From positions 29,078,001 to 29,142,000 of the forward strand of contig NC_047020.1 in the NCBI RefSeq assembly GCF_902652985.1: DNA of 64,000 bases, read 5' to 3'. This stretch comes from Pecten maximus. Its lineage: Eukaryota. A model generated the notes under the pieces. That model searched no databases. It saw only the letters and a program-made list of their open reading frames with translations, and had not been told where the DNA came from. This document shows positions 63,858-64,000 of the stretch, in pieces (position 1 is the stretch's first letter; each line of letters begins with the position of its first letter). Made by a program: the position numbers and the translations under genes.

Positions 63858-64000
63858 ATACTTTATCAGTTAGGCATCAGTCATAGCCATACTAATATAT
63901 CTAACCTCTCAATTCACCTCATAATGTACTGAAAATTTGCATGCTTTGCTTGTAGAGTTAACGCCCTTCCTTCATTACTACAAGCATGCTGTGTACTAAT

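Overview
This is AT-rich eukaryotic genomic DNA with GT-AG introns. The transposon and SINE content suggests a bivalve mollusc, which is an inference. Three multi-exon genes can be rebuilt by hand with consistent splice phases. The first is a type II thioesterase (OLAH/GrsT-like; minus strand; 3' end outside the window). It lies head-to-head with a Sel1-repeat DELE1-like gene (plus strand, 10 coding exons, 594 aa), which converges on RFC3 (minus strand, 8 coding exons, 355 aa). A probable first exon of a fourth gene lies at about 28.2-28.3 kb. I found no further convincing host coding exons in 28-64 kb, which holds minisatellites, Helentron/HINE-like elements, Tc1/pogo MITEs and a ~10 kb MULE-like composite with nested insertions. 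Four observations stand out: (1) tRNA-Thr-containing LTR mini-retrotransposons (Helenus-like TRIMs) of two families; (2) repeated local duplication of splice junctions in all three genes, including a 13-copy array of one 5' splice site; (3) a 775-bp templated insertion flanked by a 34-bp direct repeat; (4) a uORF ending 2 nt before the DELE1 start codon. I found no prokaryotic-type system such as CRISPR or an operon. Nothing here can be called undescribed without database searches.
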